A stretch of DNA of 64,000 nucleotides from Actinomycetes bacterium. GTDB taxonomy: Bacteria > Actinomycetota > Acidimicrobiia > Acidimicrobiales > CADCSY01. Numbering within the stretch: the first letter of the stretch is position 1; each line of letters opens with the position of its first letter. Below are positions 8,391-18,555 of the stretch, in pieces. The notes beneath the pieces are model-generated. The model had not been told where the DNA came from, did not search any database, and saw nothing but the letters and a program-made list of their open reading frames with translations. A program made the position numbers and the translations under genes. The stretch lies in NCBI GenBank assembly GCA_031399525.1, contig JANNOZ010000016.1, forward strand, positions 2,896 through 66,895, given 5' to 3'.

Positions 8391-9152
8391 ATGCCCGAGA
8401 TGAACGAGTACGCCGCCGGTATCCCCTGCTGGGTCGACCTGGCCACCACTGACCCGGCCGACGCCCGCCGCTTCTACGGAGGGCTCTTCGGGTGGGAGTT
8501 CGACATTGGTGGAGAGGACGTCGGGGGCTACACCAACGCCCGTATCGGTGAACACGTGGTCGCCGGGTTGGCCGGTGAGCCGATCAGCACGCCGGGCCTG
8601 TCCCCGCAGTGGACGACGTACCTGGCCAGCATCGACGCCGAGACCACTGCCGCAGCGGTGAGCGAGCACGGCGGGACGGTGCTGATGGGGCCCATGGCCG
8701 TGCACGCCTTCGGCACGATGGTCATCGCCATCGACCCGACCGGTGCCATGGTCGGGGTCTGGCAGGGCGGCACCCACGTCGGCGCGACGCTGGTGAACGA
8801 GCCCGGATGTGTGCTCTGGAACGACCTGGTCACGCCCGATGTCGGCGCCGCGTCGGCGTTCTACGGGGCGGTCTGGCCATTCGGCTTCGAGACGATGGGC
8901 GAGGGGGAGACCCGCTACGACGTGCTGAACGTCGACGGCCGCATGGTCGGGGGCATCGGCACCGGCGACGGACCGCCTCGGTGGCGGACCTACTTCGCCG
9001 TGGCCGACGCCGACGCATCGGTGGCGACGGCGATCGAACTCGGCGCCACGCTGGTGAGCGAGGTCACCGACACCCCCTATGGGCGCACGGCGGTCATCAC
9101 CGACCCCCAGGGTGCCGAGCTGCTGCTCATCTGCCCACCCAGCGAGTCGTAG
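8391..9152 (+). CDS. VOC (glyoxalase/bleomycin-resistance fold) family protein, two-domain
   Basis: ATG at 8391 (MPEMNEYAAGIPCWVDLATTDPADARRFYGGLFGWEF). A second repeat, VLWNDLVTPDVGAASAFYGAVWPFGF, gives the tandem VOC architecture. Confidence 0.75.
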   Translation: MPEMNEYAAGIPCWVDLATTDPADARRFYGGLFGWEFDIGGEDVGGYTNARIGEHVVAGLAGEPISTPGLSPQWTTYLASIDAETTAAAVSEHGGTVLMGPMAVHAFGTMVIAIDPTGAMVGVWQGGTHVGATLVNEPGCVLWNDLVTPDVGAASAFYGAVWPFGFETMGEGETRYDVLNVDGRMVGGIGTGDGPPRWRTYFAVADADASVATAIELGATLVSEVTDTPYGRTAVITDPQGAELLLICPPSES

Positions 9153-9169
9153 CCCACCCCAAATTCCAG

Positions 9170-9622
9170 CTAGGCGAGCGGACCCACTCGGCGAACCTGG
9201 CCCATGGCGTCGTCGACCTGTTCGGGGGTGACCAGCTCGGGTGCGAGATCGGCGAGCGGCGCCAGCACGAAGCGCCTCTCCCACATCCGGGGGTGCGGCA
9301 CCTGGAGGTCGGCGTCGTTGACGGTGAGGTCGCCGACGAGGAGCACGTCGACGTCGAGGGTGCGCGACCCCCAGCGTTCGACCCGAACTCGACCGGCGCC
9401 CTCCTCCAACTCTCGGCACACCGCCAAAAGCTGGCGAGGGGTGCGGTCGGTGGCCAGCTCGACGACCAGGTTGAGGTAGGGCGCCTGGCCCGACGGTCCG
9501 CCGACCGGTTCGGTCTCATAGACCGGCGACACCCGGATCACGTCGGGGGCGGTGCGCACTGCCCGGCGCAGGTGCCCCTCTCGATCGCCCAAGTTGGACC
9601 CGAGGCCCAAGAAGGCCCTCAC
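9170..9622 (-). CDS. folK: 2-amino-4-hydroxy-6-hydroxymethyldihydropteridine diphosphokinase
   Basis: The GTG at 9622 overlaps the folB stop (GTGA). VRAFLGLGSNLGDR…PVYETEPVGG…RWGSRTLDVDVLL is typical HPPK. Confidence 0.9.
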   Translation of the reverse strand: MRAFLGLGSNLGDREGHLRRAVRTAPDVIRVSPVYETEPVGGPSGQAPYLNLVVELATDRTPRQLLAVCRELEEGAGRVRVERWGSRTLDVDVLLVGDLTVNDADLQVPHPRMWERRFVLAPLADLAPELVTPEQVDDAMGQVRRVGPLA

Positions 9623-9996
9623 TCGCGGCCAACCCGGGCCCGGGTGATGCGAACCCCCGAAGTGGCCAGCTGCTGGGGCACCGGTGGGCGAAGCTTGGCG
9701 ATCGACACGGTGACCCAGTGGATGCGCTCGTCCAGGGCCAGGACCGACTCGACCACCCGGGCGGCCAGGTGCTCGAGCAGGGCCACCTCGCTGCTGGTCA
9801 CGACCTGTTCGACCGTGGCGCACACGGCGCCGTAGTCGACCGTGTCGAGCAGGTCGTCAGACGCGGCGGCGGCGTCGAGGTCGACGCCCAGGTCGAGGTC
9901 GATCTCGAGCGGCTGGGGCGACACCCGCTCGAATGCCAGCACCCCGCAGATGCCGAGCACCCGCAGGCCCCGCAGCTCGATCCGGTCGCTCTTCAC
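9619..9996 (-). CDS. folB: dihydroneopterin aldolase
   Basis: 125-aa ORF MKSDRIELRGLRVLGICGVLAFERVSPQPLEIDLDL…DYGAV, the FolB fold signature. Confidence 0.88.
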   Translation of the reverse strand: MKSDRIELRGLRVLGICGVLAFERVSPQPLEIDLDLGVDLDAAAASDDLLDTVDYGAVCATVEQVVTSSEVALLEHLAARVVESVLALDERIHWVTVSIAKLRPPVPQQLATSGVRITRARVGRE

Positions 9997-9999
9997 TTT

Positions 10000-10506
10000 T
10001 CAGTCTCCAGTGCGAACATCGCCGACTGCGGCGGCTACGGCTCGGCCCTCGGGACCCATCTGGCGTCCGAGGAGCTGCTCGGCATAGGCGATGGCTCGGG
10101 GGCCCTCGGGCACCATGCCTGTCCAGCGCAGGTAGCCGGCCATGGCCCCCTGGAGGCGGTCACCCACGTGGTCCTCGTGGATCAAGATGCGCTCGCCCGC
10201 GGCCGTGAGCTGGCGAAGCTCCTGGTAGAGCGGCAACAGCACAGTGGCCGGGTCGTCCTGGGCCCCGAAGGGGCGGTGGAGGTAGGGCATGGCCACCTCG
10301 TCATAGGCGTGGAGGTTGTGGGGCGACCGCAGCAGGCTGATCACGAGCGTGAATCCCTGCTCGCGGATCCAGATCAGCTCTTCCTGGCGCCGGATCCGGC
10401 GATGGCTGGCGCCGTAGCCTCCCGGCCGATCGGACACCGCCAACTGGTCGCGAATCACCCAGGCGAAGCCTCGGGGCACGATGCCCTGGGCCCACCGGCC
10501 CTTCAC
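10000..10506 (-). CDS. PTP/dual-specificity-phosphatase-fold protein lacking the catalytic Cys (HE-x5-R instead of HC-x5-R)
   Basis: The GTG at 10506 overlaps the folP stop (GTGA), and the stop lies 3 nt before the folB start. The 168-aa product has the DSP-like layout: an acidic loop (FGAQDDPATV) about 30 residues before ERILIHEDHVGDRLQGAMAGYL. The upstream part of track ORF 10000..10959 is out-of-frame folP. Confidence 0.6.
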   Translation of the reverse strand: MKGRWAQGIVPRGFAWVIRDQLAVSDRPGGYGASHRRIRRQEELIWIREQGFTLVISLLRSPHNLHAYDEVAMPYLHRPFGAQDDPATVLLPLYQELRQLTAAGERILIHEDHVGDRLQGAMAGYLRWTGMVPEGPRAIAYAEQLLGRQMGPEGRAVAAAVGDVRTGD

Positions 10507-11291
10507 GCCGGCACCCGCTGGCCGGCCACGGTGAGAGCCTGAACCGTCTCGGCCACGTCGTGGACCCGGACCATGGCCGCTCCCCGGTCGGCGGCCCACA
10601 CCGCGGTGGCGACGGAGGCTTCGAGGCGATCGTCGACCGCCGCCCCGCCGGTGAGCTGACCGAGGAACCCCTTGCGGCTGGTGCCGACCACGACCGGCCA
10701 CCCGGCGGCGACCAGCTCGTCGAGGCGGGCCAATAGGGCCACGTTGTGGTCGACGGTCTTGCCGAAGCCGATGCCGGGGTCGATCCAAACCTCGCCCACG
10801 CCGGCCGCAGCCGCTTCCACCGCCCGCTCCACCAGGAACTGGTGGACCTCGGCCACCACGTCGTCGTAGCGAGGCTCGGTTTGCATGGTGGCGGGCTGGC
10901 CAAGCATGTGCATGGCGACCCAGCCCACGTCGGGTCCGGCCTCGGCCGCGACGGGCCACAGGGTGGCGCTGATGTCGTTGACCAGAGTCGCGCCGGCGGC
11001 CACCGCGGCCTCGGCCACTGCTCGGTGCCGGGTGTCGACCGAGATCCGCCCATAGGGGGACAGGGCTTCGATGACCGGGACGACCCGGCTGCCTTCTTCG
11101 GCGGGATCGACTGGCGTGGCCCCGGGACGGGTGGATTCGCCGCCCACGTCGATCACGTCGGCGCCGGCCGCGAGCATGGCCAGTCCGTGGGCTACGGCGG
11201 CATCGACGTCGAGGTAGCGGCCCCCGTCGGAGAACGAGTCGGGGGTCACGTTGAGCACCCCCATGACCCGAGTCGCCACCACGAGCCTCAA
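10503..11291 (-). CDS. folP: dihydropteroate synthase
   Basis: 262-aa ORF with the GVLNVTPDSFSDGG motif. The true start may be the internal ATG at 11264. Confidence 0.9.
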   Translation of the reverse strand: MRLVVATRVMGVLNVTPDSFSDGGRYLDVDAAVAHGLAMLAAGADVIDVGGESTRPGATPVDPAEEGSRVVPVIEALSPYGRISVDTRHRAVAEAAVAAGATLVNDISATLWPVAAEAGPDVGWVAMHMLGQPATMQTEPRYDDVVAEVHQFLVERAVEAAAAGVGEVWIDPGIGFGKTVDHNVALLARLDELVAAGWPVVVGTSRKGFLGQLTGGAAVDDRLEASVATAVWAADRGAAMVRVHDVAETVQALTVAGQRVPA

Positions 11292-11347
11292 CCTACCCGG
11301 GCCTCAACGAGGGTCCGATCCACTTGGACCCCGAAATCTGGAGCGGG

Positions 11348-11913
11348 CTACGACCGGTGGATGAACTGCATGGCCTCGGCCCGGGTCGCCGGGTTCTCCC
11401 GGAACAGGCCCCTGACGGCCGAGGTCACCGTGGTCGACCCGGGCTTGCGCACCCCCCGCATCGACATGCACAGGTGTTCGGCCTCGATGACCACCAGCAC
11501 GCCCTTGGGCGCCAGCACCTGTTCGAGGGTGTCGGCGATCTGCACGGTGAGGCGCTCCTGGACCTGGGGCCGACGGGCATAGCCGTCGACCAGCCGGGCC
11601 AGCTTCGACAGCCCGGTGATGCGCCCGTCGTCGCCAGGTATGTAGGCCACGTGCGCCTTGCCCACGAACGGGATCAGGTGGTGCTCGCAGTAGCTGGCCA
11701 GCGGGATGTCTCGGACCATGACCATCTCGTCGTGGTGGGCGTCGAAGGTCACCGTGAGGTGCTCGCCTGGGTCCTCGTGGAGACCGCTGGCGATCTCGGC
11801 ATACATACGGGCCACCCTGGCCGGCGTATCGACGAGCCCGTCCCGGGTCAGGTCTTCGCCGATCGCTTCGAGGATCTCTCGCACGGCCCGCTCGATGCGG
11901 GCGACGTCGATAG

Positions 11914-11917
<4 letters not shown>
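11348..11917 (-). CDS. folE: GTP cyclohydrolase I
   Basis: The ATG at 11917 overlaps the ftsH stop (ATGA). [22 protein letters not shown]…[10 protein letters not shown]…. Confidence 0.92.
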
Positions 11918-13740
<1,823 letters not shown>

Positions 13741-13779
13741 GACGCAGAGCCTCGGCGGGTCGGGGATGTCCCGACCAGG

Positions 13780-14343
13780 CTACCGACCGACGTCGCCGTC
13801 GTAGACGCAAACGAACGGTAGGTGGCGGTAGCGCTCGGCCACGTCGAGGCCGTAACCCACGACGAAGTCGGGCGGGATCCGAAAGCCCACGTAACGCAGA
13901 TCGAGCTCGGTCTCGTCGACGCCAGCCCGAACCAACAAGGCGCACACCTCGAGGCTGGCCGGTTGGCGGGCCTGGAGATTGCGGCGCAGATACGACAGGG
14001 TCAGGCCCGAGTCGATGATGTCTTCGACGACCAGCACGTGGCGGTCGGTGAGGTCGACATCGAGATCCTTGACGATGCGCACGATGCCCGAGGTGCGCGT
14101 CGCCGTCCCGTAGGACGACACGGCCATGAAGTCGAGCTCGACCGGCAGGTCGATGGCCCGAGCCAGATCAGCCATGAACAAGAAGGCGCCCTTCAACACC
14201 CCGACGAGCAGCGGCGGGTGATCGGCGTAGTCGACGGTGATCTGAGCACCGAGCTCGGCCACCCGGGCCTGGAGGGCGTCGGCGGCGACGATCAGCTCGC
14301 CGAGCTCGGGGTTGGTGTCATGGGGCGACGGGACCTGGGGCAT
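13780..14343 (-). CDS. hpt: hypoxanthine phosphoribosyltransferase
   Basis: ATG at 14343 (MPQVPSPHDTNPELGE) and a PRPP-binding motif VLVVEDIIDSGLTLSYL. Confidence 0.9.
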   Translation of the reverse strand: MPQVPSPHDTNPELGELIVAADALQARVAELGAQITVDYADHPPLLVGVLKGAFLFMADLARAIDLPVELDFMAVSSYGTATRTSGIVRIVKDLDVDLTDRHVLVVEDIIDSGLTLSYLRRNLQARQPASLEVCALLVRAGVDETELDLRYVGFRIPPDFVVGYGLDVAERYRHLPFVCVYDGDVGR

Positions 14344-15286
14344 CAACGGGCAACGGTAGGTCGTCGGCACCCGACGTCCCCACCCGGTGGAGCGAGAGGC
14401 GGCCTTGGTGGCGCTCGACCCGCACGCCGGCGCCGACCTCGGTGGCCACCGCCTCGCCACGGGCCACGGCCAGCACCCGCTCGACGGCGGCGGCGGACGG
14501 CGGATAGGCCCGCCGGTCCGGCTCGCTCATCGCATCCATCACCCAGGCTCGGACCGCTCGACGGGCCAAGGCGGGCGGGGCCGCGGCCAGTAGGCGGGCG
14601 TCGGTCGGGTCTACGGCTCGGGCCATCTCGTCGAGCAGGTCGGCCTCGTCGGCGGCCAGCGACGCCAACCGGGCGAGGAGCGGGGCGACATCTCGTCCGG
14701 CGATGTCGTCGAGCAGGGGCAACGCCTCGGCCCGAACCCGGTTGCGCACGAAGGCCGGATCACGGTTGGAGGGATCATCGACCGTCTCGACACCGGCCGC
14801 CTCGCACAGCGCCCAGGTCTCGGCCCGGCGCAGGGCCAGGATCGGCTTGGTGGCGCCCACCCGCATGGCCGAGAGCCCGTCCAATCCGGCCCCTCGCAGC
14901 AGCGCCAGCACGAGCGTCTCGGCCTGGTCGTCGGCGGTGTGGCCGGTCATGGACCCGGGCCCCAGCACCGCCAGGCGGGCATCGCGGGCCCGGGCCTCGA
15001 GGTTTGGCCCAGGCTCGACCACCACCCGTTCGGCCCGGAAGCCGGCGCCGACGCGGGCGGCCAACTCGGCCACCACCTCGGCCTCGGCGCCCGACTCGGG
15101 GCGCAGACCGTGATCGACGTGCACCGCGGTGACGTCGAGGTCGGCGGCCGCGGCCAGGATCAGCAGCGCAGACGAGTCGGCACCGCCCGACACGGCGGCC
15201 ACGACCGGGGTGCCGGTCGGCGGGAAGGTGCAGCGGCCGAGCAGGTCGGCCACGACCGCATCGAGGGACCGAGTCGAGCTCAACAC
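14318..15286 (-). CDS. tilS: tRNA(Ile)-lysidine synthase
   Basis: The GTG at 15286 (or TTG at 15283) overlaps the stop of the upstream metalloprotease gene. PP-loop VAAVSGGADSSAL. The rest of track ORF 14318..15856 is out-of-frame overlap. Confidence 0.85.
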   Translation of the reverse strand: MLSSTRSLDAVVADLLGRCTFPPTGTPVVAAVSGGADSSALLILAAAADLDVTAVHVDHGLRPESGAEAEVVAELAARVGAGFRAERVVVEPGPNLEARARDARLAVLGPGSMTGHTADDQAETLVLALLRGAGLDGLSAMRVGATKPILALRRAETWALCEAAGVETVDDPSNRDPAFVRNRVRAEALPLLDDIAGRDVAPLLARLASLAADEADLLDEMARAVDPTDARLLAAAPPALARRAVRAWVMDAMSEPDRRAYPPSAAAVERVLAVARGEAVATEVGAGVRVERHQGRLSLHRVGTSGADDLPLPVDAPGPVAP

Positions 15287-16344
15287 TCCAGGCGGGACGA
15301 CATCCGATCGATCCACGCCGCCGGCTCGCGGATCTCGGCCATCGAGGGCAACGCGTCCGGGCTGGACCACACCTCGTCGAATAGATCTCGCCCGCCCGCG
15401 GCTTCGACCGTACGCACGAAGTGCTCGCCCATCTCGTACTGGTCGAGCTTGCCTTCGAGGCCCAAGAGGGTGCGCACCAACCGTCCCGCACCCCGGCTGG
15501 CATTCCGTCGGGCGTGCAAGACGCCCGAGAACCGGTCGGCCGACGGGATGAGGTGGCGACCGGCCCGGTCCATGGTGACATCGCCGTGGCCCTCGAGCAG
15601 GCTCATCATCCCGCCGATCTGGGCCAGCACCTGGCGCTGGTCCGCGGAGGCGAAGATCCCGGCCAACCCCGATTCGCGTAGCGGACTCTTCCCGGACCGG
15701 TAGTCGGCCGCGGCTCGCTTGAGGGCCTCGACGAAGTGCTTGGGGTCGGGATCGACGTCGCCCAAGGTGCGCTGAACCAGATCGACGTAGTGCGGCGCCA
15801 ACCAGGGCACCCCGGTGAACTGGGCCCGATGCGTCACCTCGTGCAGGGCCAACCACAGGCGGAACTCGCGAGGCGGGAAGCCGAAGCGCTTCTCCAAGGC
15901 GAGCACGTTGGGGCCCACGTAGTAGACGATGTCCTGGTCAGCCGGGTCGTCATCGAGCACCAGCAGGTCGTACTGACCGAGCACCCGGGTCGACATCCAG
16001 CCGAGCAGCGCGCCCAACTCGGCGCCGCTGACGTTGCGGGTGACCGCACCACCCGTGGGGCTGCGCTCGAGCCGGACCGAGAGGCGGTCGGTCAACGGCG
16101 TCAGCAGCCGGCGGAACGAGGCAACGTTGGCGGCGATCCAGCCCGCTCGATCGGTGACCCTCGACCGGGCCGGCCCGTTCGGGACCAGGCCGGTGGCCTC
16201 GGTCACCAGTTCCTCGGCCTGCGCCGTCAGCTCGGTCAGGTCAGCGGCCAGCGAGGCGGCAAGGTACGACTCGGAGAAGGGTTCGCGGCCCGCTACCCGG
16301 ACCGCGATGCGCTCGGCCAGGTCCCAGGCGACGGGCTCAGGCAC
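15280..16344 (-). CDS. zinc-dependent metalloprotease (HExxH; conserved actinobacterial family upstream of tilS)
   Basis: 354-aa ORF with LALHEVTHRAQF (HExxH). From memory, its position upstream of tilS-hpt-ftsH matches the mycobacterial Rv3626c context. Confidence 0.75.
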   Translation of the reverse strand: MPEPVAWDLAERIAVRVAGREPFSESYLAASLAADLTELTAQAEELVTEATGLVPNGPARSRVTDRAGWIAANVASFRRLLTPLTDRLSVRLERSPTGGAVTRNVSGAELGALLGWMSTRVLGQYDLLVLDDDPADQDIVYYVGPNVLALEKRFGFPPREFRLWLALHEVTHRAQFTGVPWLAPHYVDLVQRTLGDVDPDPKHFVEALKRAAADYRSGKSPLRESGLAGIFASADQRQVLAQIGGMMSLLEGHGDVTMDRAGRHLIPSADRFSGVLHARRNASRGAGRLVRTLLGLEGKLDQYEMGEHFVRTVEAAGGRDLFDEVWSSPDALPSMAEIREPAAWIDRMSSRLEC

Positions 16345-16359
16345 GAGCGGGCCGATCGA

Positions 16360-16503
16360 CTACCGGCGGGGGTACTTCGGGGCCTGGACCTTGACCACGT
16401 AGCCGATGGCGGTGCCGATCACGGCCAGCACGGCCATGGCAAAGAGCGGCACGGCGATCCAGTAGGTCCACACCTCGGCGGCGAGCACACCCATCGGGGT
16501 CAT
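16360..16503 (-). CDS. small membrane protein (47 aa, one TM segment)
   Basis: The ATG at 16503 gives MTPMGVLAAEVWTYWIAVPLFAMAVLAVIGTAIGYVVKVQAPKYPRR, a hydrophobic helix plus a basic tail. It sits between rshA and the metalloprotease gene. Confidence 0.5.
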   Translation of the reverse strand: MTPMGVLAAEVWTYWIAVPLFAMAVLAVIGTAIGYVVKVQAPKYPRR

Positions 16504-16519
16504 GGTAGGCGGTTGCTCG

Positions 16520-16765
16520 TCAGGAACTGGAGTCGTCGAGGGCCTGGGCCACCCGGCGGAGCAGGTCGGCCGGAACCTGATCGTGACCACAGCGCGCAAT
16601 CGCGTCCTTGAGCTCCTGTTCGAAGCTGAACGCCGACAAGCAGGGGCCGCATTCGTCGAGGTGTCCGAGGATGAGCTGGCGGCGTTCGGCGGTCAACTCG
16701 CCGTCGAGGTACTCGTAGAGAACGGCGACCGCCTCGGCGCAGTCGCAAGTGGGTTGCTCGGTCAT
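16520..16765 (-). CDS. rshA: zinc-associated anti-sigma factor (RsrA/RshA type)
   Basis: The ATG at 16765 overlaps the sigH stop (ATGA). The 81-aa product carries the ZAS motif HLDECGPC (H-x3-C-x2-C) plus an upstream Cys. Confidence 0.85.
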   Translation of the reverse strand: MTEQPTCDCAEAVAVLYEYLDGELTAERRQLILGHLDECGPCLSAFSFEQELKDAIARCGHDQVPADLLRRVAQALDDSSS

Positions 16766-17367
16766 GACGGCGTGCTCGTCGGCGTGATGTCCACGACCGC
16801 CTCGTTGCGCGAGATCAACCCGTTCTCCATGGCGTAGTCGAACAACCGCTTCTGCATCGCCTTTCTTCCGCGATGAAGCCGGCTCATGACCGTTCCGATC
16901 GGGATGTCGGCAATCTCGGCGATCTCCTTGTAGGAGAACCCCTCGACGTCGGCCAGCAGAACGACCAGCCGGAACGTCTCGGGCAGGGCCTCCAGGGCCT
17001 CCCGCACCTCGTCGGAGGTGATGTGTTCGAGGAGCTGATCCTCGGCGCTGCGGCCCACCCGCTCTTCGTCGGTCCCGCTGAGGCGGCGGTAGAGGTACAG
17101 GTCCTCGACATCGTCGAGGTCGACCTCTTCGGGCCGCCGCTGCTGGGCCCGATACCGGTTGATGTAGGAGTTGGTGAGGATCCGGAACAGCCACGCCCGC
17201 AGGTTGGTGCCCTCGGTGAAGCTCCCGAAGGCCCGGTAGCCCTTGAGGAAGGTCTCTTGGACCAGGTCCTCGGCGTCGGCCGGGTTGCGGGTCATCCGCA
17301 GCGCGGTGGAGTACAAGGACCCCATGAAGGGCATTGCTTGCTCGGCGAACGTCGTTTGGTCGGCCAT
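16762..17367 (-). CDS. sigH: ECF sigma factor, SigH/SigR-like
   Basis: 201-aa [44 protein letters not shown] closely resembles the SigH/SigR N-terminal region. Region 4 reads [25 protein letters not shown]. Confidence 0.9.
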   Translation of the reverse strand: MADQTTFAEQAMPFMGSLYSTALRMTRNPADAEDLVQETFLKGYRAFGSFTEGTNLRAWLFRILTNSYINRYRAQQRRPEEVDLDDVEDLYLYRRLSGTDEERVGRSAEDQLLEHITSDEVREALEALPETFRLVVLLADVEGFSYKEIAEIADIPIGTVMSRLHRGRKAMQKRLFDYAMENGLISRNEAVVDITPTSTPS

Positions 17368-17371
17368 CCCG

Positions 17372-17444
17372 AGCCCGAGAGGGGAATCGAACCCCTGACC
17401 TACGCATTACGAGTGCGTTGCTCTGCCGTCTGAGCTACTCGGGC
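17372..17444 (-). tRNA. tRNA-Thr (anticodon CGT)
   Basis: The reverse complement folds as a cloverleaf. Acceptor stem GCCCGAG/CTCGGGC, D stem GCTC/GAGC, anticodon stem ACGCA/TGCGT with loop CTCGTAA, and T arm AGGGG-TTCGATT-CCCCT. It is 73 nt, and no CCA is encoded. Confidence 0.95.
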
Positions 17445-17472
17445 GCCGCCCGAGAACCCGGGCCGAAGGAAA

Positions 17473-18555
17473 CTACCGCACCCCTTCGTCGGTTCTGCCC
17501 TCGCCAGCCAGTGCCGGGAGTTCGAGTAGCAGCGCCGTCAGCAGCAGCTGTTCGTTGGGGTTGCGAACCAGGGCCTCGGCTGCCGCTCCGATGGCATCGA
17601 CGGCGTCGGCGGCCCGCCGGGCCCGGTGGGCATCGGTGTCGGCCAACGCGTCGCGATAGCTCGATGCCAGCACGGCCAGGCCGGCCCGCAGCTCGTCGGT
17701 GCGGTGCCGGCGGACCTGACGACGCTGCGCGGCCTCGAGTTGACGGCGCCCGCCGCCCCGCTCCCCGCTGACAGCGAGACGCTCGTCGAGAGCCGCTCGC
17801 TCGGCCACGTGGATCGATTCGAGCGCGGTGCCCGACCGAGCGACCAGATCGAGCAGCTCCTCGGCAATGACTACCGCGGTCGCCCCGGTGTCGTCGAGGC
17901 GGAACGGCACCGACGCCCAGGCCGCCCGACGTCCCGCCAGGCCGTCATCGGCGAGTAGGCGGATGGCCCGGTCGAGGTCGCCGGCGGCCGCCTCGGCGAC
18001 CGCGGCCGCCCGATCGGGCTCGGCGCCGGCCGCCTCGAGTTGGGAGGCGATCAGGGCCGTGGGCAGTGGGCGGACCTCGACCTCGACGCACCGAGAAGCG
18101 ATGGTCGCCAGCTCGGGCGTGACCAGGTCGGCCAGGATCACGAAGATCGTGCTCTCCGGTGGTTCCTCGATGGTCTTGAGCAACGTGGGCGCGGCCTGGG
18201 TCACCAGGTGGAAGTCGGTGAGAACGAGGATCTTTCGGGCCCCCTCCATGGGGCTGCGGGAGGCTGCGGCGATCACCGCTTGGGCGTCGGCCACCGACAG
18301 CGACGCCCCCTGCCGTTCGAAGACGTGGACGTCGGGGTGGGTCCCGTCGAGGGCCAGGCGACAGCTCCGACACGCGCCGCAGCCACCGTCGGGGCACAGC
18401 AGCGCCGCAGCAAAGGCGCTCGAGAGAGCGTTGGCTCCGGCTCCAGCCGGACCCACCAGCAGGTAGGCGTGTACCGGCGCGACCACCGCGGCCCGCAGCA
18501 TGGCGGTAGCCGTCGGCTGACCGACGATCGGGTCGAACACCTCGCCGACCATCAC
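17473..18555 (-). CDS. holB: DNA polymerase III subunit delta-prime
   Basis: 360-aa ORF with HAYLLVGPAGAG, a Cys cluster CPDGGCGACRSC, and ILVLTDFHLV…LLKTIEEPP. Confidence 0.88.
   Translation of the reverse strand: MMVGEVFDPIVGQPTATAMLRAAVVAPVHAYLLVGPAGAGANALSSAFAAALLCPDGGCGACRSCRLALDGTHPDVHVFERQGASLSVADAQAVIAAASRSPMEGARKILVLTDFHLVTQAAPTLLKTIEEPPESTIFVILADLVTPELATIASRCVEVEVRPLPTALIASQLEAAGAEPDRAAAVAEAAAGDLDRAIRLLADDGLAGRRAAWASVPFRLDDTGATAVVIAEELLDLVARSGTALESIHVAERAALDERLAVSGERGGGRRQLEAAQRRQVRRHRTDELRAGLAVLASSYRDALADTDAHRARRAADAVDAIGAAAEALVRNPNEQLLLTALLLELPALAGEGRTDEGVR

Noticed and set aside
17445-17472. Search for a SigH/SigR-type autoregulatory promoter (GGAAT-n18-GTT) upstream of sigH, and elsewhere (for example 42733, 46358)
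   Set aside because: No match with correct spacing lies upstream of sigH or the tRNA. The isolated GGAAT occurrences elsewhere lack the GTT element at the right distance or point the wrong way.
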